DNA of 64,000 nucleotides from Nitrosomonas sp. (GTDB lineage Bacteria; Pseudomonadota; Gammaproteobacteria; Burkholderiales; Nitrosomonadaceae): NCBI RefSeq assembly GCF_019752095.1, contig NZ_JAIEMO010000030.1, positions 1,144 to 65,143 of the forward strand, read 5' to 3'. Shown piece by piece: positions 62,117 to 64,000 of this stretch (position 1 is its first letter; each line of letters starts with the position of its first letter). The notes under the pieces were generated by a model. It saw only the letters and a program-made list of their open reading frames with translations, ran no database searches and was not told where the DNA came from. The position numbers and the translations under genes were made by a program.

Positions 62117-62345
62117 TCTCTTATTCTCTTATAACGAATTGTGCGAGTCTATCATACGTGTTCGTTCTTTTTTGTGTCGAAAAATAGGAGCAGAGTTATA
62201 TGCATGCAAGTAATTCAAATTTGGCTTGAGAAAAATCAACAATGAAATGCAATTGTCATGATATACCTGCGATAAAATGGAGCTTATTGTCTGGCATACG
62301 CGAGATTTTAGCCATATTTACTGAGTATTATCAATAGGAGTTTGC

Positions 62346-63242
62346 ATGAATACACCACGAGTCATAGAGTTTCTTATTAATTTGCAAAATAGCATCATCG
62401 GTAGACTGGAGCAGGTGGACGGCAAAACGTTCAAACGAGATCAGTGGGATCGTCCGGAAGGAGGTGGTGGCATGAGCAGTGTCATCGAAGAAGGGAATGT
62501 ACTAGAGCGCGGTGGGGTCAATTTTTCCCATGTGTATGGTGCCGGATTACCCGCATCGGCCACTGCTGCCCGCCCTGAACTCGCAGGCCGATCATTTGAA
62601 GCGATGGGCGTGTCGCTAGTTTTGCATCCGCGCAATCCTTATGCGCCAACCGTGCATATGAATGTACGCTACTTAGAAGCGCACAAGGAAGGCGCTGAAC
62701 CCGTTTGGTGGTTTGGTGGTGGTATGGATCTGACACCTTATTATGGATATGAAGAAGATGCAGTTCATTTTCATCAAACTTGCAAAGACGCACTACAGCC
62801 CTTTGGTGGAGATTATTATCCGCGCTTTAAAAAATGGTGCGATGAGTACTTCTATTTGAAACATCGCAAAGAGCCTCGTGGTATCGGCGGTGTGTTCTTT
62901 GACGATTTGAATCAACCTGATTTTGATACCTGCTTTAAACTTATACGTAATGTAAGCGAAAACTTTCTTAACGCCTACTGCCCTATATTAGAGCGCCGCA
63001 AAGATACTCCATATGGTGAACGCGAGAGGGATTTTCAGGCGTACCGGCGTGGACGTTATGTGGAATTTAATCTGGTGTGGGATCGTGGGACTCTGTTCGG
63101 CTTGCAAACAGGCGGTCGTACCGAATCTATCCTGATGTCTTTGCCACCAATTGTGAAATGGCGCTATGACTGGACACCGGCGACAGGTAGCGCTGAGGAT
63201 AAGTTATATACGGATTTTCTGATTGGTAAGGATTGGGTGTAA
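62346..63242 (+). CDS. hemF: Oxygen-dependent coproporphyrinogen III oxidase
   Basis: [31 protein letters not shown] and [10 protein letters not shown]. Confidence 0.97.
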   Translation: MNTPRVIEFLINLQNSIIGRLEQVDGKTFKRDQWDRPEGGGGMSSVIEEGNVLERGGVNFSHVYGAGLPASATAARPELAGRSFEAMGVSLVLHPRNPYAPTVHMNVRYLEAHKEGAEPVWWFGGGMDLTPYYGYEEDAVHFHQTCKDALQPFGGDYYPRFKKWCDEYFYLKHRKEPRGIGGVFFDDLNQPDFDTCFKLIRNVSENFLNAYCPILERRKDTPYGERERDFQAYRRGRYVEFNLVWDRGTLFGLQTGGRTESILMSLPPIVKWRYDWTPATGSAEDKLYTDFLIGKDWV

Positions 63243-63249
63243 TTAATCT

Positions 63250-64000
63250 GTGAATAAGATATCACTTAATAATCAGATTTTGTTTGGTGTTGTGGCGGGT
63301 GCATTACTGGGTTTCTGGTTTGCAGCGCTGGAGCAGCAATCGGCGATTGTACAAAGTGGACTGTATAGCGCAAAACTGGTGGGTACATTATTCACTGATT
63401 TATTGCGGATGGTGTTGATCCCGCTGGTATTTACATCAATTGTGGTCGGTGTGGCCAATCTACGTTCGCATCGACAAATGAATCGCGTCTGGCAGGTGGC
63501 GCTGATTTTCTTTGCTTCTACGATGATGCTTGCGCTGATTTTGGGATTGACCTCCGCCAACTTGTTGCGGCCTGGGGGCGAATTGCAGATTGCAATGTTC
63601 CAGGATGCGATGCAGAGTTTTCAGGCAACACAAATGTCGTTATCGGATTTTTTTGCACAGTTCCTGCGCTCGCTGTTTCAGAATCCAATCGCTGCTTTAG
63701 CGCAAAGCAACGTGCTGGCGGTAGTATTATTTGCTTTGTTATTGGGCATTGCGTTGGTCGTGGGTGGAGAACGTTATCGCAATATCCTGACGCTGATGCA
63801 GGAGTTTCTGGAATTGATACTAATGCTGGTTGGCTGGATCATGCGTCTGGCGCCACTCGGCATTATGGCATTGGTATTGCAGCTGGTGGCTACGCAAGAT
63901 GCCGGATTGCTGTCAACGATGATTCAGTTTGTGGCGATCGTATTAGGAACCACTTTGCTGCATGGATTGGTGATTTTGCCAATGATCCTCTATCTGACTA
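63250..64000 (+). CDS. Dicarboxylate/amino acid:cation symporter (DAACS), truncated by the window end
   Basis: GTG at 63250; open frame read by hand: MNKISLNNQILFG...LFTDLLRMVLIPLVFTSIVVG...FQNPIAALAQSNVLAVVLFALLLG. Confidence 0.88.
   Translation, partial: MNKISLNNQILFGVVAGALLGFWFAALEQQSAIVQSGLYSAKLVGTLFTDLLRMVLIPLVFTSIVVGVANLRSHRQMNRVWQVALIFFASTMMLALILGLTSANLLRPGGELQIAMFQDAMQSFQATQMSLSDFFAQFLRSLFQNPIAALAQSNVLAVVLFALLLGIALVVGGERYRNILTLMQEFLELILMLVGWIMRLAPLGIMALVLQLVATQDAGLLSTMIQFVAIVLGTTLLHGLVILPMILYLT

Overview
Chromosomal window from a moderately AT-rich betaproteobacterium, most likely Nitrosomonadaceae (inferred from gene content and the PEP-CTERM protein style, not from a database match). 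Housekeeping genes (gltX with tRNA-Ala and tRNA-Glu, purL, nnr, aroC, hemF, ppiC, transporters, a heavy-metal-type RND trio) are interleaved with accessory modules. Two candidate undescribed systems stand out. (1) 10.5-16.0 kb: three tandem RTX/beta-roll proteins with no enzyme domain. Each has a perfect CRP-type box (TGTGA-N6-TCACA) at exactly -41.5 from a TANNNT -10 element. The array is homogenised by a 548-bp near-perfect direct repeat and lies next to an HlyC-like protein lacking the family's catalytic His and Asp. (2) 32.8-39.5 kb: a tightly packed five-gene run encoding an N-acyl-amino-acid-synthase-like acyltransferase with tandem DRRxxDRR motifs, a small periplasmic binding protein, an outer-membrane beta-barrel, a membrane sensor GGDEF-EAL protein and a secreted RNase T2. 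This may be a signal-synthesis plus trans-envelope c-di-GMP circuit. Other observations: a 35-aa membrane ORF missing from the ORF track, an HPF plus host-attachment (release-factor-like) gene pair, a 139-bp MITE with TTAG target duplication, a ChaN-PDZ plus M1 peptidase pair, a RoxA-like di-heme protein, a HipA remnant, an inverted DnaA-box pair, and orphan exbB and yidD genes. All family assignments are by-eye motif recognition; no searches were run.
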